This document shows positions 39,227 to 48,503 of a DNA stretch of 64,000 nucleotides, piece after piece. Position 1 is the stretch's first letter. Each line of letters starts with the position of its first letter. Position numbers and translations under genes: made by a program. A model generated the notes under the pieces. It worked only from the letters and a program-made list of their open reading frames with translations, ran no database searches and was not told the origin of the DNA. The stretch comes from an uncultured delta proteobacterium (lineage in GTDB: Bacteria; Myxococcota_A; Polyangia; Polyangiales; Polyangiaceae): the NCBI GenBank assembly GCA_963806225.1, contig CAWDXG010000001.1, positions 1,312,001-1,376,000 of the forward strand, written 5' to 3'.

Positions 39227-40294
39227 TCATGCAACTCCCGCGCCGTCGTCGCGGGCCGTGCTGGAGAGGGACAGCATCGTAGCGACAAACAGCAGGATCG
39301 ACACGGCTCCGATCAAGCCGCCCCACTGCCTGGCCCAGACGGTTCGCGTGATGTCGCCGGCGACGCGCAGCACAAGCGAGACATGCAGGACGACCACCGG
39401 AACGTACAGACGCGCCCCGAAGCGCAGCCGGCCCTGCAACATCTCCGGAAACACGAACGGCGCTTGGCCGAACACCATCGAGAACACGAAGCCGACGAAC
39501 AGCGCGTGGAGCCTCATGTCGTAGCCCGCTCCCGGCGTGAGCGCGCCGCCGGACACGGCGAGCGCGCCGGCCGCGGCGAGCCAGCCGTAGGCGAGCAGCG
39601 AGCACACTGCCGAGTAGCGCGGCAGGCCGCGTTGCCCGAGTGTGCGTCGCGGCGTGTCGTACGCCAGAAGCCACGCCGACAGCCCGATCAAGGCGACACC
39701 GGCGATGCGTCCGCCGATGTCGCCGGCTAACGGACCGAGCGCCACACCGGCCCCGAGAGCGCTCGCTGCGATCGCAAAGCCGTAGCGCGGCCAGCGCCGC
39801 GGCGGGGACTCCCTGAAGCGACCGCCCGCGATCGTCAGGACGATGAATGCGCTCCACCATCCCACGGCCTCGGGAATCGTCCCGCCGCCCGCCCAGACCG
39901 CGTTTCCAACGAGCCACAGTGCCGCGGCGACCGCGAGAGTGAGCGGCGATCCGGAGCGCTCGCGCCGGAACACGACTGCGCCGGCGAGGGTCAGGACGAT
40001 GCTTGCCAGCAGCATCAGCAGAGCAGCGGAACCCGGTGGGCCCACCAGGGCCGCCAGCGCTCCGAGCCCCGTGAGTGCGGGCGCCACGTAGCCCCACGCC
40101 TGCCCGAGAGCGAGCGCTCGCTCCAGGGCGATGAGCACGCCGAGGAACCCGCACACCATGAGCGGGCCGTGCACGGCGCCGAGACGAGCGGCGTCGCCCG
40201 GCAGCCCCCAACCCATTCTGAGGAGGCCCGCCCAGAGCCCCGAGAGCAGTACTAGCACGGCTGCCGCGAGCAGCGGGAATCGACGCAGGTTCAT
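39227..40294 (-). CDS. NnrS-like polytopic membrane protein
   Basis: About 12 TM segments. HGPLMVCGFLGVLIALERA and YDMRLHALFVGFVFSM motifs. Lies next to ric. Confidence 0.65.
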   Translation of the reverse strand: MNLRRFPLLAAAVLVLLSGLWAGLLRMGWGLPGDAARLGAVHGPLMVCGFLGVLIALERALALGQAWGYVAPALTGLGALAALVGPPGSAALLMLLASIVLTLAGAVVFRRERSGSPLTLAVAAALWLVGNAVWAGGGTIPEAVGWWSAFIVLTIAGGRFRESPPRRWPRYGFAIAASALGAGVALGPLAGDIGGRIAGVALIGLSAWLLAYDTPRRTLGQRGLPRYSAVCSLLAYGWLAAAGALAVSGGALTPGAGYDMRLHALFVGFVFSMVFGQAPFVFPEMLQGRLRFGARLYVPVVVLHVSLVLRVAGDITRTVWARQWGGLIGAVSILLFVATMLSLSSTARDDGAGVA

Positions 40295-40339
40295 GCCGGC
40301 CCTGCAGGATCGTGCTGATCCTGCCTGGAGCGTCAACGT

Positions 40340-41002
40340 CTACTCTCTCAGCGCGCGCGGAAACAGGATGTTGTTCTCGAGGTGGATGTGCTCGTGCAGC
40401 GACTGCTCGAGAGCCTCCAGACCGTTGAAGAGTGCCCGGAAGCTGCCGCAAGCGTCATCGGGGACCTCGAACCCACCGGTCAGCTCGCGGATCGAGGCCA
40501 ACAGCTCACCCACCGTTTCATGCTCCATCTGCATGACCTCGATGGGCTGGGGGATGAAACCCTTGTTGCCGCCGCCGATCGCGGGGAACAGCACCTGCTC
40601 CTCCTTCATCATGTGCGGGCCGAGATCCCGGGCCACTTCCAGGTAGGCCTCGAGCAGGGGCTGGAGCTCCGGATGGCGTTCGCCGTGCACGCGGGCGACC
40701 TTGCGCGCCAGTGCTTCGAGGCGCGGCAGTTCCTCGTCGAGCGGCCGGTGGTAGCTCGCGACGATGTGGTCGATGAGCTCGCCGAGCGGGCGCGAATGCC
40801 ACGCGTCCGGGTCGCCCGGGTTCCGCGTCTCCTCGTCGGCGATCTCGCGGCGCAGCACGGTGGCGTCCAGCCCGTGCTTTTCGCATGCCTGTTCGAGCGA
40901 GATGCCTCCGCCGCAGCAGAAGTCGATACCGTGCCTGTGGAATACCTTGACGGAAGCGGGGCGCTCGGCGGCCAGTTGTCCGACGGTCTGCTCGTGGTTC
41001 AT
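40340..41002 (-). CDS. ric: Iron-sulfur cluster repair di-iron protein (Ric/YtfE/ScdA)
   Basis: AGGAG RBS. GIDFCCGG, LIDHIVASYH, HMMKEEQVLFP, MQMEH, HIHLENNILFP. Confidence 0.95.
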   Translation of the reverse strand: MNHEQTVGQLAAERPASVKVFHRHGIDFCCGGGISLEQACEKHGLDATVLRREIADEETRNPGDPDAWHSRPLGELIDHIVASYHRPLDEELPRLEALARKVARVHGERHPELQPLLEAYLEVARDLGPHMMKEEQVLFPAIGGGNKGFIPQPIEVMQMEHETVGELLASIRELTGGFEVPDDACGSFRALFNGLEALEQSLHEHIHLENNILFPRALRE

Positions 41003-41043
41003 GATGATTCTGCTCCTTTTTCGCTCGGGTGGAGAGGTGACGG

Positions 41044-41619
41044 CTAGGCCGCGAGCGCGAACGCCGCGAGCGTTGCCAGGCCCGCCAGGGCGATCCCGAC
41101 GGGCTTGAGTTGGCGGGCGGTGGGCGCGACGAGCGCGATCGCTGCCAGGCCGAATCCGGTGAGGGCCGTCGCCATCGCGGCGTCGTTCCGGGTGGACACG
41201 GCGAAGCCGGTGCTCGCTGCAGCCGCCATGCCGACGGAGAGCGCGGCCAGCCCCCACGCGCGCCGTTCCTGTCGCTTGGCCCGCGCGATGCTGGCGTGGA
41301 CGACCAACGCGTTGGCCACGAAGATCACGGCCCACGCCAGCGTCGTGCTGCCGATCCGCGAGAGCGGCACGCGTCCCACCAGCGCGACCGGCACGCCGGC
41401 CCCGGCGAGGAGGGCGGCGGAAGCGAGCTGTGCCGCGTTGCTGCGTCGTATGCGGCGGCGGATCGTGCCGCCAGCAAGCGCGACAACGATCGCGACCAGC
41501 AGCGCGGTCGGGACCAGCAACAGACTCGCAGTGGGACTCTGCATCACCCCGCAGAGCAGCACGGCCGTGAGCATGACCCAGAAGCCGTGTTCCCGCGGGA
41601 CCAGGCCGTTGGACTTCAA
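41044..41619 (-). CDS. YwiC-like membrane protein
   Basis: TTG start after GAGG. VPREHGFWVML N-terminal motif and multiple TM segments. Confidence 0.65.
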   Translation of the reverse strand: MKSNGLVPREHGFWVMLTAVLLCGVMQSPTASLLLVPTALLVAIVVALAGGTIRRRIRRSNAAQLASAALLAGAGVPVALVGRVPLSRIGSTTLAWAVIFVANALVVHASIARAKRQERRAWGLAALSVGMAAAASTGFAVSTRNDAAMATALTGFGLAAIALVAPTARQLKPVGIALAGLATLAAFALAA

Positions 41620-41777
41620 AGCTTCCTCACGGGTTCGGTGGTCGCGCCGCAGCAGGTCATGATGTATTGAGTCCCAAATGATGTGGGCCGGAAGGTCGTT
41701 GTCGGAGTGCAGCAGTGCATGGCAGTTCTCGAATCGCGTCCCCACCGCAATGGTTGTGCCCCCGGGCTCGAAACGGG

Positions 41778-41791
41778 ATGACTTTCGTCAC
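41778..41791. promoter_or_regulatory. Candidate Crp/Fnr-family box
   Basis: ATGAC-TTTC-GTCAC in the ywiC/nosZ divergent region. Confidence 0.55.
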
Positions 41792-42010
41792 CGCGTTCAC
41801 GCGGGACGCGCTCCAGACTGCCGCTGATGAGCTCCCCGCGACCGATTCCGTATGGGACCCGGGCCGCGCGCTGCCCGGGCGATTTGCGCGGATATTGCGC
41901 CGGCCTTCTGGCGCCCGGCGAATCGTGCGCACAAGAGACGGCATGGATCCGCTTTTCTCCAGGCTGTCAAGACCCGGAATCCGCGTGGGTCGTGGAATCA
42001 TTGGAGTCCG

Positions 42011-42024
42011 GTGACATAGGTCAC
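42011..42024. promoter_or_regulatory. Candidate Crp/Fnr-family box upstream of nosZ
   Basis: Perfect GTGAC-ATAG-GTCAC palindrome with FNR-type 4-nt spacing. Confidence 0.6.
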
Positions 42025-42230
42025 GCGCAAGCCTCGCAGTGGAATACCGCCTGCACGTGCGCCGCGACGAAACCAACCCGGAGGTCCGTGCGCAGCACGT
42101 GGACTCCCCGCATCTGGGGGGTAGACGAGCGGCGAGGGAGGGACGGACCGAAGGGCGATGGGTGCGAGCAGCAGGGTGGCCTGCAAACAGCGGTAGCGCA
42201 GCGCGCTACCGACTACACAGAGGTGTCCAG

Positions 42231-44159
42231 ATGACGAAAACGAAGGACAAAACCGGGGATGTGGACGAGGCGCGCGGGAACAACAGGCGCGAATTCCTGA
42301 CGGCGTCGGTGGCATTGGGTACGGCCGCCGCGCTCACCGCGTGCAACAAGAGCGGTCAGAAAGCTGCCAAGCCAGCGGGTTCGGCGAGCGGCGCCAAGGA
42401 GAAGGCTGGCGTCGGGCACCTCTCCGACGAGGTTCCGCCCGGTCAGCTCGACGACTACTACGGCTTCTGGAGCGGCGGCCAGTCCGGCGAGATCCGGATC
42501 CTGGGAATCCCATCGATGCGCGAGATCAAGCGCATCGCCGTGGTCAACCGCGACTCGGCGACGGGCTGGGGCATCACGGACTTCTCGAAGAAGCTCCTGA
42601 ACGGGATGTCGGCCGGCGACACGCATCACGTGCACCTCTCGTACAAGGACGGCACCTACGATGGCCGCTACGTCTTCGTGAACGACAAGGCGAACGCGCG
42701 GCTGGCTCGCGTCAACATCGAGACGATGGAGTGCGACAAGATCACCGAGATCCCGAACTCGCAGGGGACCCACGGCATCTTCCCGCAGCGGCACAAGACC
42801 GGCTACGTGGTGTGCAACGCCGAGTTCTGCACGCCGCAGCCGAACGACGGCCGCGACCTCGACGACCCGAAGAAGTACTACGGCCTGCACACCGCGATCG
42901 ACGGCGAAACGATGGAAGTGAAGTGGCAGGTGATGGTCGAGAGCAACATGGACCTGGCCGCCACGGACTACAAGGGTCTGTATTCGTTCGCGACCTCCTA
43001 CAACACCGAGCACGGGACCAAGCTCGAGCAGATGATGGCTGCAGACCGTGACTACATGTACGTGTTCAACCTGAAGGAGATCGAAAAGGCCGTCGCTGCC
43101 GGCAAGACCATGACGATCGGCGACTCGAAGGTGCCGGTGGTCGACGCGCGTGGCGCAGCCGGGAAGGACAACCCATACACGCTGCGCGTTCCCGTGCCGA
43201 AGAGCCCGCACGGCGTCAACATCGACCCGACGGGGCGCTATGCCGTCTGCTCGGGCAAGCTCTCGCCGACCACGACGGTGATCGACATCGAGAAGATCGC
43301 CGACGCTTTCGCCGGCAAGATCAAGCCGCGCGACTGCGTGGTGGCCGAGCCGGAAGTCGGGCTCGGTCCGCTGCATACGGCCTTCGACGGGCGCGGCAAC
43401 GCCTACACCTCGATCTTCATCGATTCGGTCGTGACCAAGTGGAACATCGACAAGGCCATCAAGGCCTACAAGCAGCCCAAGGGCGAGAAGAAGATCGATC
43501 CGATCATCCAGAAAATCGATGTGCACTACCAGATCGGTCACACCAACGCGAGCATGAGCGAGACGAAGGAGGCCGACGGCAAGTGGCTGATCGCCCTGTG
43601 CAAGTTCTCCAAGGACCGCTTCCTCAACGTGGGCCCGTTGCATCCGGAGAACGACCAGCTTCTCGACATTTCCGGCGAGAAGATGCGACTCGTGCATGAC
43701 GAGCCCGCGTACTCCGAGCCTCATGACTGCGTCGTGGTCCGGAAGGACCTGATCCACCCGAAGCAGATCCAGCCCCGCACGGCCGAACGCTTCAAGATGT
43801 ACGAACAGTGGGCCAAGGAGGACGGCGTCACCCTGCTCAAGGACAACAAGGTCGTGCGCAAGGGCGACCACCAGGTTCGCGTCTACATCACGAGCATGGC
43901 GCCGAAGTATGGGCTCACCGAGTTCCGTGTGAAGAAGGGCGACACCGTGCAGGTCGTCCAGACCAACATCGACAACGTGGAAGACCTCACGCACGGTTTC
44001 TGCATGAGCCGCCACGACATCATCTTCGTCGTCAATCCGCAGGACACGCAGAGCGCCACGTTCGTCGCCGACAAGCCGGGCATCTACTGGTACTACTGCC
44101 CCTGGTTCTGCCACGCGCTGCACCTGGAGATGCGCGGGCGGATGATCGTCGAGGCCTGA
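42231..44159 (+). CDS. nosZ: Nitrous oxide reductase, clade I-like, Tat signal with lipobox
   Basis: GAGGTG RBS, NRREFL..ALTAC. Seven CuZ His (DTHH, GTHG, SPHG, PLHT, IGH, EPHD). CuA (THGF, CPWFCHALHLEM). FSKDRFLNVGPLHPENDQ. Confidence 0.97.
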   Translation: MTKTKDKTGDVDEARGNNRREFLTASVALGTAAALTACNKSGQKAAKPAGSASGAKEKAGVGHLSDEVPPGQLDDYYGFWSGGQSGEIRILGIPSMREIKRIAVVNRDSATGWGITDFSKKLLNGMSAGDTHHVHLSYKDGTYDGRYVFVNDKANARLARVNIETMECDKITEIPNSQGTHGIFPQRHKTGYVVCNAEFCTPQPNDGRDLDDPKKYYGLHTAIDGETMEVKWQVMVESNMDLAATDYKGLYSFATSYNTEHGTKLEQMMAADRDYMYVFNLKEIEKAVAAGKTMTIGDSKVPVVDARGAAGKDNPYTLRVPVPKSPHGVNIDPTGRYAVCSGKLSPTTTVIDIEKIADAFAGKIKPRDCVVAEPEVGLGPLHTAFDGRGNAYTSIFIDSVVTKWNIDKAIKAYKQPKGEKKIDPIIQKIDVHYQIGHTNASMSETKEADGKWLIALCKFSKDRFLNVGPLHPENDQLLDISGEKMRLVHDEPAYSEPHDCVVVRKDLIHPKQIQPRTAERFKMYEQWAKEDGVTLLKDNKVVRKGDHQVRVYITSMAPKYGLTEFRVKKGDTVQVVQTNIDNVEDLTHGFCMSRHDIIFVVNPQDTQSATFVADKPGIYWYYCPWFCHALHLEMRGRMIVEA

Positions 44160-44176
44160 ACCCGATCACCCCAAGC

Positions 44177-44202
44177 GCCCGGAGCGCTTCGGCGCTCCGG
44201 GC
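44177..44202 (+). terminator. 11-bp UUCG hairpin between nosZ and nosR
   Basis: GCCCGGAGCGC-TTCG-GCGCTCCGGGC followed by TTCA (weak U tract). Confidence 0.65.
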
Positions 44203-44221
44203 TTCACCCTCCCGTAACGTA

Positions 44222-46342
44222 ATGACACATGTGATCAAGCAAGCGCTGCTGGGGTTCCTGCTCGGCCTCGTGGTTGTGCTGGTCCCGGTGGGTGCGAAGG
44301 CGGCGGAGGGGGGCGTCTACAAGCTGGACTGCAGCAAGCTCGACTGCAAGGGCGTGCTGCCCGGCGCCGTTCGCTTCGACAAACCGAAAACCCAGGCCAA
44401 GTACCGCGTCGGCTACGACGCCGCCGGCAAGCTCGTCGGCTGGGTCGTGCTGTCGACCGACGTGGTCGACGTGAAGGCCTACTCGGGCAAGCCGCTGGTC
44501 ACGCTGGTCGGATTGACTCCGAAGGGCGTGATTAGCGGCGCCAAGGTGATCCACCACAGCGAGCCGATCCTCTTGGTGGGCATTCCGGAGTCGGCGCTGT
44601 TCCATTTCGTCGACTTCTTCAAGGGCAAGTCCGCGACCGCGAAGATCGTCGTCGGCTCCACGGATGAGCCGGACACGATGTCCGTCGACGTGATTTCTGG
44701 CGCCACCGTCACGTCGCTCGCGCAGAATCGCACCATTCTCGACACGGCCCGTACGCTCGGCTCCGCGGTCGGCGTGGTCAAGATGTCCGAGGCCGTCCCC
44801 GGACATTTCATCCGCGAGGACAAGCCCTGGACCTGGGAGCGGATGCTCGACGAGAAGGTGCTCGGGCGCCTGACCGTCACCCAGAAGCAGATGGGCTTGA
44901 CCGGCGAGCAGCCGTTCATCGACATCTACTTCGCGATCGCGGACCCGCCGCAGATCGGCAAGGCGCTGCTCGGCGAGCACGAGTACGAGTGGAAGATGAA
45001 GCAGCTGAAGCCGGGCGAGCACATCTTCGTCGTGCTCGGCAACGGGACCAGCTCCTTCAAGGGCTCGGGTTTCGTGCGCGGCGGCATCTTCGACCGGGTG
45101 CGGCTCGAGCAGGGCCTGCGGAGCGCTACGTTCCACGACCAGGACTTCGAGAACCTGTCTGGGGTCGCCGCCGACGACGCGCCGCACTTCAAGGAGGGCG
45201 CGATCTTCACGCTGCGCAAGGGAAAGCTGGATCTCGGGGCGCCGTTCGACCTGGTGTTCCTCGGCAGCCACTACGACTTCAAGCGCGGCGCGTTCCAGCG
45301 CGACTTCAAGGGCTTCCGCACGACGTTCCGGATTCCGAAGAGCGAGTATGTGCTCGATGGGCCTGATCCGAACGAGGCGCTGTGGGTCCGCGCCTGGCAT
45401 CACAGCCGGGACAAGTCGATCTTCGTCGTCGCGTATCTGCTCTTGATCGCGGCGGTGTTCGCGGGGCGGCGCTGGTCGACCGGCAGCATGAAGCGGCTGC
45501 AGCGTCTACACCTGGTTGCGCTCGTCACGTCGTTCGGTCTGCTGGGAGTGTGGCTGAAGGCACAACCTTCGGTGACCCAGGTGCTGACCTTTGTGGGCTC
45601 CGTGGTGGGCCAGCTTCGTTGGGGGTTGTTCCTGAGCGAGCCGATCATCTTCATCTCGTGGATCTTCATCGCCGTGGTGACCGTGGTGTGGGGCCGCGGC
45701 GTGTTCTGCGGTTGGACCTGTCCCTACGGTGCGCTGAACGAGCTGGTGTTCCGGCTCGGCCGCGTCCTGCATCTGCCCACCTTCGAGCTGCCCGACCGCT
45801 TCCACACGAAGCTCCGCTGGGCGCGCTACGGCGTGCTGGCGCTGCTCGTGGGCACGTTCCTGTATTCGTCCGAGCTCGGCGAGAAGCTCGCGGAGGTCGA
45901 GCCCTTCAAGTCGACGTTCTTCGTGCTGCCGTGGACGCGCCAGGCGGGCTTCTTCGCCTGGTGGGCGCTGCTCATAGGCCTTTCCCTGGTGTGGTACCGG
46001 CCGTTCTGCCGCTACCTGTGCCCGCTCGGCGCCGCACTGGCGCTGCCGAGCAGCCTCCGCGCGTCGGGGCCCTATCGCCGGAACTTCTGTGCGAGCTGCA
46101 AGATCTGCACGTGTGGCTGCGAACCCCGCGCCATCCGCGCCGACGGCATCATCGACTCGCGCGAGTGCCTATCCTGTATGGAGTGCGAGGCCAACTACCG
46201 CGACGAGGAGGTGTGCCCGCCGCTGATCGGCATCGAGCGGCTGACCCGCAAGGCGAAGGAAGAGCGGAGCGCGCACGACGAAGAGCGGCTGCGCAAGTTC
46301 AGGCAGGACGCCGAGGACCGCAAGCGACGGAAGGTGGCGTGA
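44222..46342 (+). CDS. nosR: NosR/NirI family flavoprotein-FeS membrane protein
   Basis: AYSGKP, HHSEPILLVGIP, flavinylation motif DVISGATVTS, SFKGSGFVRGGIFDR, GRGVFCGWTCPYG, RPFCRYLCPLG, two C-terminal FeS motifs. Confidence 0.93.
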   Translation: MTHVIKQALLGFLLGLVVVLVPVGAKAAEGGVYKLDCSKLDCKGVLPGAVRFDKPKTQAKYRVGYDAAGKLVGWVVLSTDVVDVKAYSGKPLVTLVGLTPKGVISGAKVIHHSEPILLVGIPESALFHFVDFFKGKSATAKIVVGSTDEPDTMSVDVISGATVTSLAQNRTILDTARTLGSAVGVVKMSEAVPGHFIREDKPWTWERMLDEKVLGRLTVTQKQMGLTGEQPFIDIYFAIADPPQIGKALLGEHEYEWKMKQLKPGEHIFVVLGNGTSSFKGSGFVRGGIFDRVRLEQGLRSATFHDQDFENLSGVAADDAPHFKEGAIFTLRKGKLDLGAPFDLVFLGSHYDFKRGAFQRDFKGFRTTFRIPKSEYVLDGPDPNEALWVRAWHHSRDKSIFVVAYLLLIAAVFAGRRWSTGSMKRLQRLHLVALVTSFGLLGVWLKAQPSVTQVLTFVGSVVGQLRWGLFLSEPIIFISWIFIAVVTVVWGRGVFCGWTCPYGALNELVFRLGRVLHLPTFELPDRFHTKLRWARYGVLALLVGTFLYSSELGEKLAEVEPFKSTFFVLPWTRQAGFFAWWALLIGLSLVWYRPFCRYLCPLGAALALPSSLRASGPYRRNFCASCKICTCGCEPRAIRADGIIDSRECLSCMECEANYRDEEVCPPLIGIERLTRKAKEERSAHDEERLRKFRQDAEDRKRRKVA

Positions 46343-47589
46343 TGGGCTTCCGGTCCGTACTGCTGCTGGTGTCGGGCCTGCTGCTCGCTGCCGTGGCATC
46401 CGGTGCGCCGGCGGCTCCGGCCCCGGACGTGCTCAGGCCTGCGGGCAAGGGATTGCAGGCGGCGATCGATGCAGCGCGCCCGGGCGATGTGATCGAGCTG
46501 CCGCGCGGCACCTGGCACGGACCGATCGTGATCGACAAGGCGCTCACGCTTCGCGGCAAGGGGGGCGTGATCGAGGGAGGCGGCAAGGGCACCGTGATCC
46601 GCGTCGAGGCGGCGCACGTGCTGCTCGACGGCCTGGTAGTCAGGGGCAGCGGCAAGAATCTGAGCGGCCCGGACGCCTGCATCTACCTGACGCCCAAGGC
46701 GACCGGAACGCGCGTGGAGCACAGCCGGCTCTCGGACTGTGGTTTCGGCATCTGGGTGCACGAGACGCCGCGGGCGCGGCTGGTCGAAAACCGCATCGTC
46801 GGGTCTTTCGAGGGCAGCCGCTCCGACCGCGGCAACGGCATCCAGCTGTTCAACGCGCAGCATCTGGTGGTCAGCGGCAACGTCATCACCGGCGGACGCG
46901 ACGGCATCTATGTCTCGGCCACCCAGTACAGCCTGATCGCCAACAACCACATCAAGCGCACGCGCTACGGCGTGCACTACATGTTCGCGTACAACAACAC
47001 GCTCCGCGGCAACGTCAGCAACGACAACTTCGGCGGCTTCGCCCTGATGGAGAGTCATCACATCAAGGCGATCAACAACGTGGCGATGGACAACACGGAG
47101 CACGGCATCCTGTTCCGCGACGTCGAGTACTGCACGATCACCGGCAACCGCATCGAGCACAACGGCCAGGGAATGTTCTTCTTCTCGAGTACGCAGAACA
47201 CCATCGAGAACAATCGCGTGCTCCACAACGATGTGGGTGCAAAGATCTGGGCGGGGAGCCTCCGGAACAAGGTCGAGGGGAACGTGTTCGTGGGCAACCG
47301 GCAGCAGGTGCAGTACGTCGGCAACCAGGATCTCCTGTGGGGGACGGGAGACCGCGGCAATTTCTGGGGCGACTACCTCGGCTGGGACCAGAACGGCGAC
47401 GGAATCGGCGATCGGCCGTACCGCGTGGACAGCTTCACCACGCACCTGCTCGGCAGTTATCCCTCGGCGGCGCTCCTGATGCAGAGCCCCGCGCTCGAGC
47501 TGCTGTCGCATCTCGCGGAAAGGATGCCTATCCTGCGGGTCCCGACCGTGATCGACGAGCGACCGCTAGCCCGGAGGCCCGCGCAATGA
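46342..47589 (+). CDS. nosD: N2O reductase maturation protein NosD
   Basis: TGATG coupling. LQAAIDAARPGD, DRGNGIQLFN, RYGVHYMF, GNFWGDYLGWDQNGDGIGDRPY. Confidence 0.93.
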   Translation: MGFRSVLLLVSGLLLAAVASGAPAAPAPDVLRPAGKGLQAAIDAARPGDVIELPRGTWHGPIVIDKALTLRGKGGVIEGGGKGTVIRVEAAHVLLDGLVVRGSGKNLSGPDACIYLTPKATGTRVEHSRLSDCGFGIWVHETPRARLVENRIVGSFEGSRSDRGNGIQLFNAQHLVVSGNVITGGRDGIYVSATQYSLIANNHIKRTRYGVHYMFAYNNTLRGNVSNDNFGGFALMESHHIKAINNVAMDNTEHGILFRDVEYCTITGNRIEHNGQGMFFFSSTQNTIENNRVLHNDVGAKIWAGSLRNKVEGNVFVGNRQQVQYVGNQDLLWGTGDRGNFWGDYLGWDQNGDGIGDRPYRVDSFTTHLLGSYPSAALLMQSPALELLSHLAERMPILRVPTVIDERPLARRPAQ

Positions 47590-48503
47590 AGCGACTTTCT
47601 CTGGGAGGCGTGTCCGTGCGGTTCGGCAAGCTAGCCGCGCTCGACGGCGTCGATCTCGAGGTCGAGGCGGGCGAGGTGCTGGTCTTGGCGGGGCCGAACG
47701 GCGCGGGCAAGTCCACGCTGATCAAGGTGATCCTCGGACTCGTGCGCCCGAACCAGGGACAGCTGTTCGTCGACGGGCACGAACGCCACGTCGACAACGC
47801 CTTCAAGCGGGTGCTCGGCTATCTGCCGGAAGCCGTCGCCTTCGCCGAGAACCTGACCGGAAGGCAGGTGATGCGCTTCTTCGCTTCTGCGCGCGGCGTG
47901 AAGAAGGCGCACGCCGACGAAGTGCTGGAGCGGGTCGGGCTCGCGCATGCGTCCCGGCGGGCGGTTCGCGGCTACTCGCGCGGCATGCGCCAGCGCCTGG
48001 GCCTGGGGCTGGCGATCCTGTCCGACCCGGAGCTGTTGATACTGGACGAGCCGACGGGCGGGCTCGATCAGGAGGGGCTGGACGTGCTCTGGGACGTGCT
48101 CGCCGAGTGGCGGGAAAAGGCGCGCATCGTCGTGATGGCGACGCACGATCTGACGCTGGTGGAACGCCGCGTGGACCGCATCTGCCTGCTCCGTGCTGGC
48201 AGCGTACGGGCGGTGGACACGCCGGCGCGGCTGCGCGAGATGGCCGGTCTGCCCGTCCGGGTCAGCTTCACGCTCTGCGAGGGTTCCGCCCAGGCGGACG
48301 CGCTGGTCGAGCGCGTGCAGCGTTGGGGCGAGGGGCACGAGGTCTCGCGCAGCGACGGCGTTCTCGGCGTCGAAGTCGAACCGAACCGGCTGCTGCCGCT
48401 GCTCGAGCTGCGCTCCGGCTACCCGGAGGCGGTCAGCGCGGTGCGTGTGGAAGAGCCCGGTCTCGACATGGTCTACGAACACCTGCTGGAGGAGGCCAGC
48501 TGA
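47586..48503 (+). CDS. nosF: ABC transporter ATPase NosF
   Basis: GPNGAGKST, YSRGMRQRLGL, LDEPTGGLD. Position between nosD and nosY. Confidence 0.9.
   Translation: MKRLSLGGVSVRFGKLAALDGVDLEVEAGEVLVLAGPNGAGKSTLIKVILGLVRPNQGQLFVDGHERHVDNAFKRVLGYLPEAVAFAENLTGRQVMRFFASARGVKKAHADEVLERVGLAHASRRAVRGYSRGMRQRLGLGLAILSDPELLILDEPTGGLDQEGLDVLWDVLAEWREKARIVVMATHDLTLVERRVDRICLLRAGSVRAVDTPARLREMAGLPVRVSFTLCEGSAQADALVERVQRWGEGHEVSRSDGVLGVEVEPNRLLPLLELRSGYPEAVSAVRVEEPGLDMVYEHLLEEAS

Noticed and set aside
41690..41745. NCHALLH on the minus strand resembling an HNH nuclease remnant
   Set aside because: It is only a short motif with no supporting ORF or other HNH elements.
42177..42191. Sigma54 promoter for nosZ (TGGC..CAGC)
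   Set aside because: Only the GG-N10-GC spacing matches. It lacks CACG and TT and is expected by chance at this GC content.
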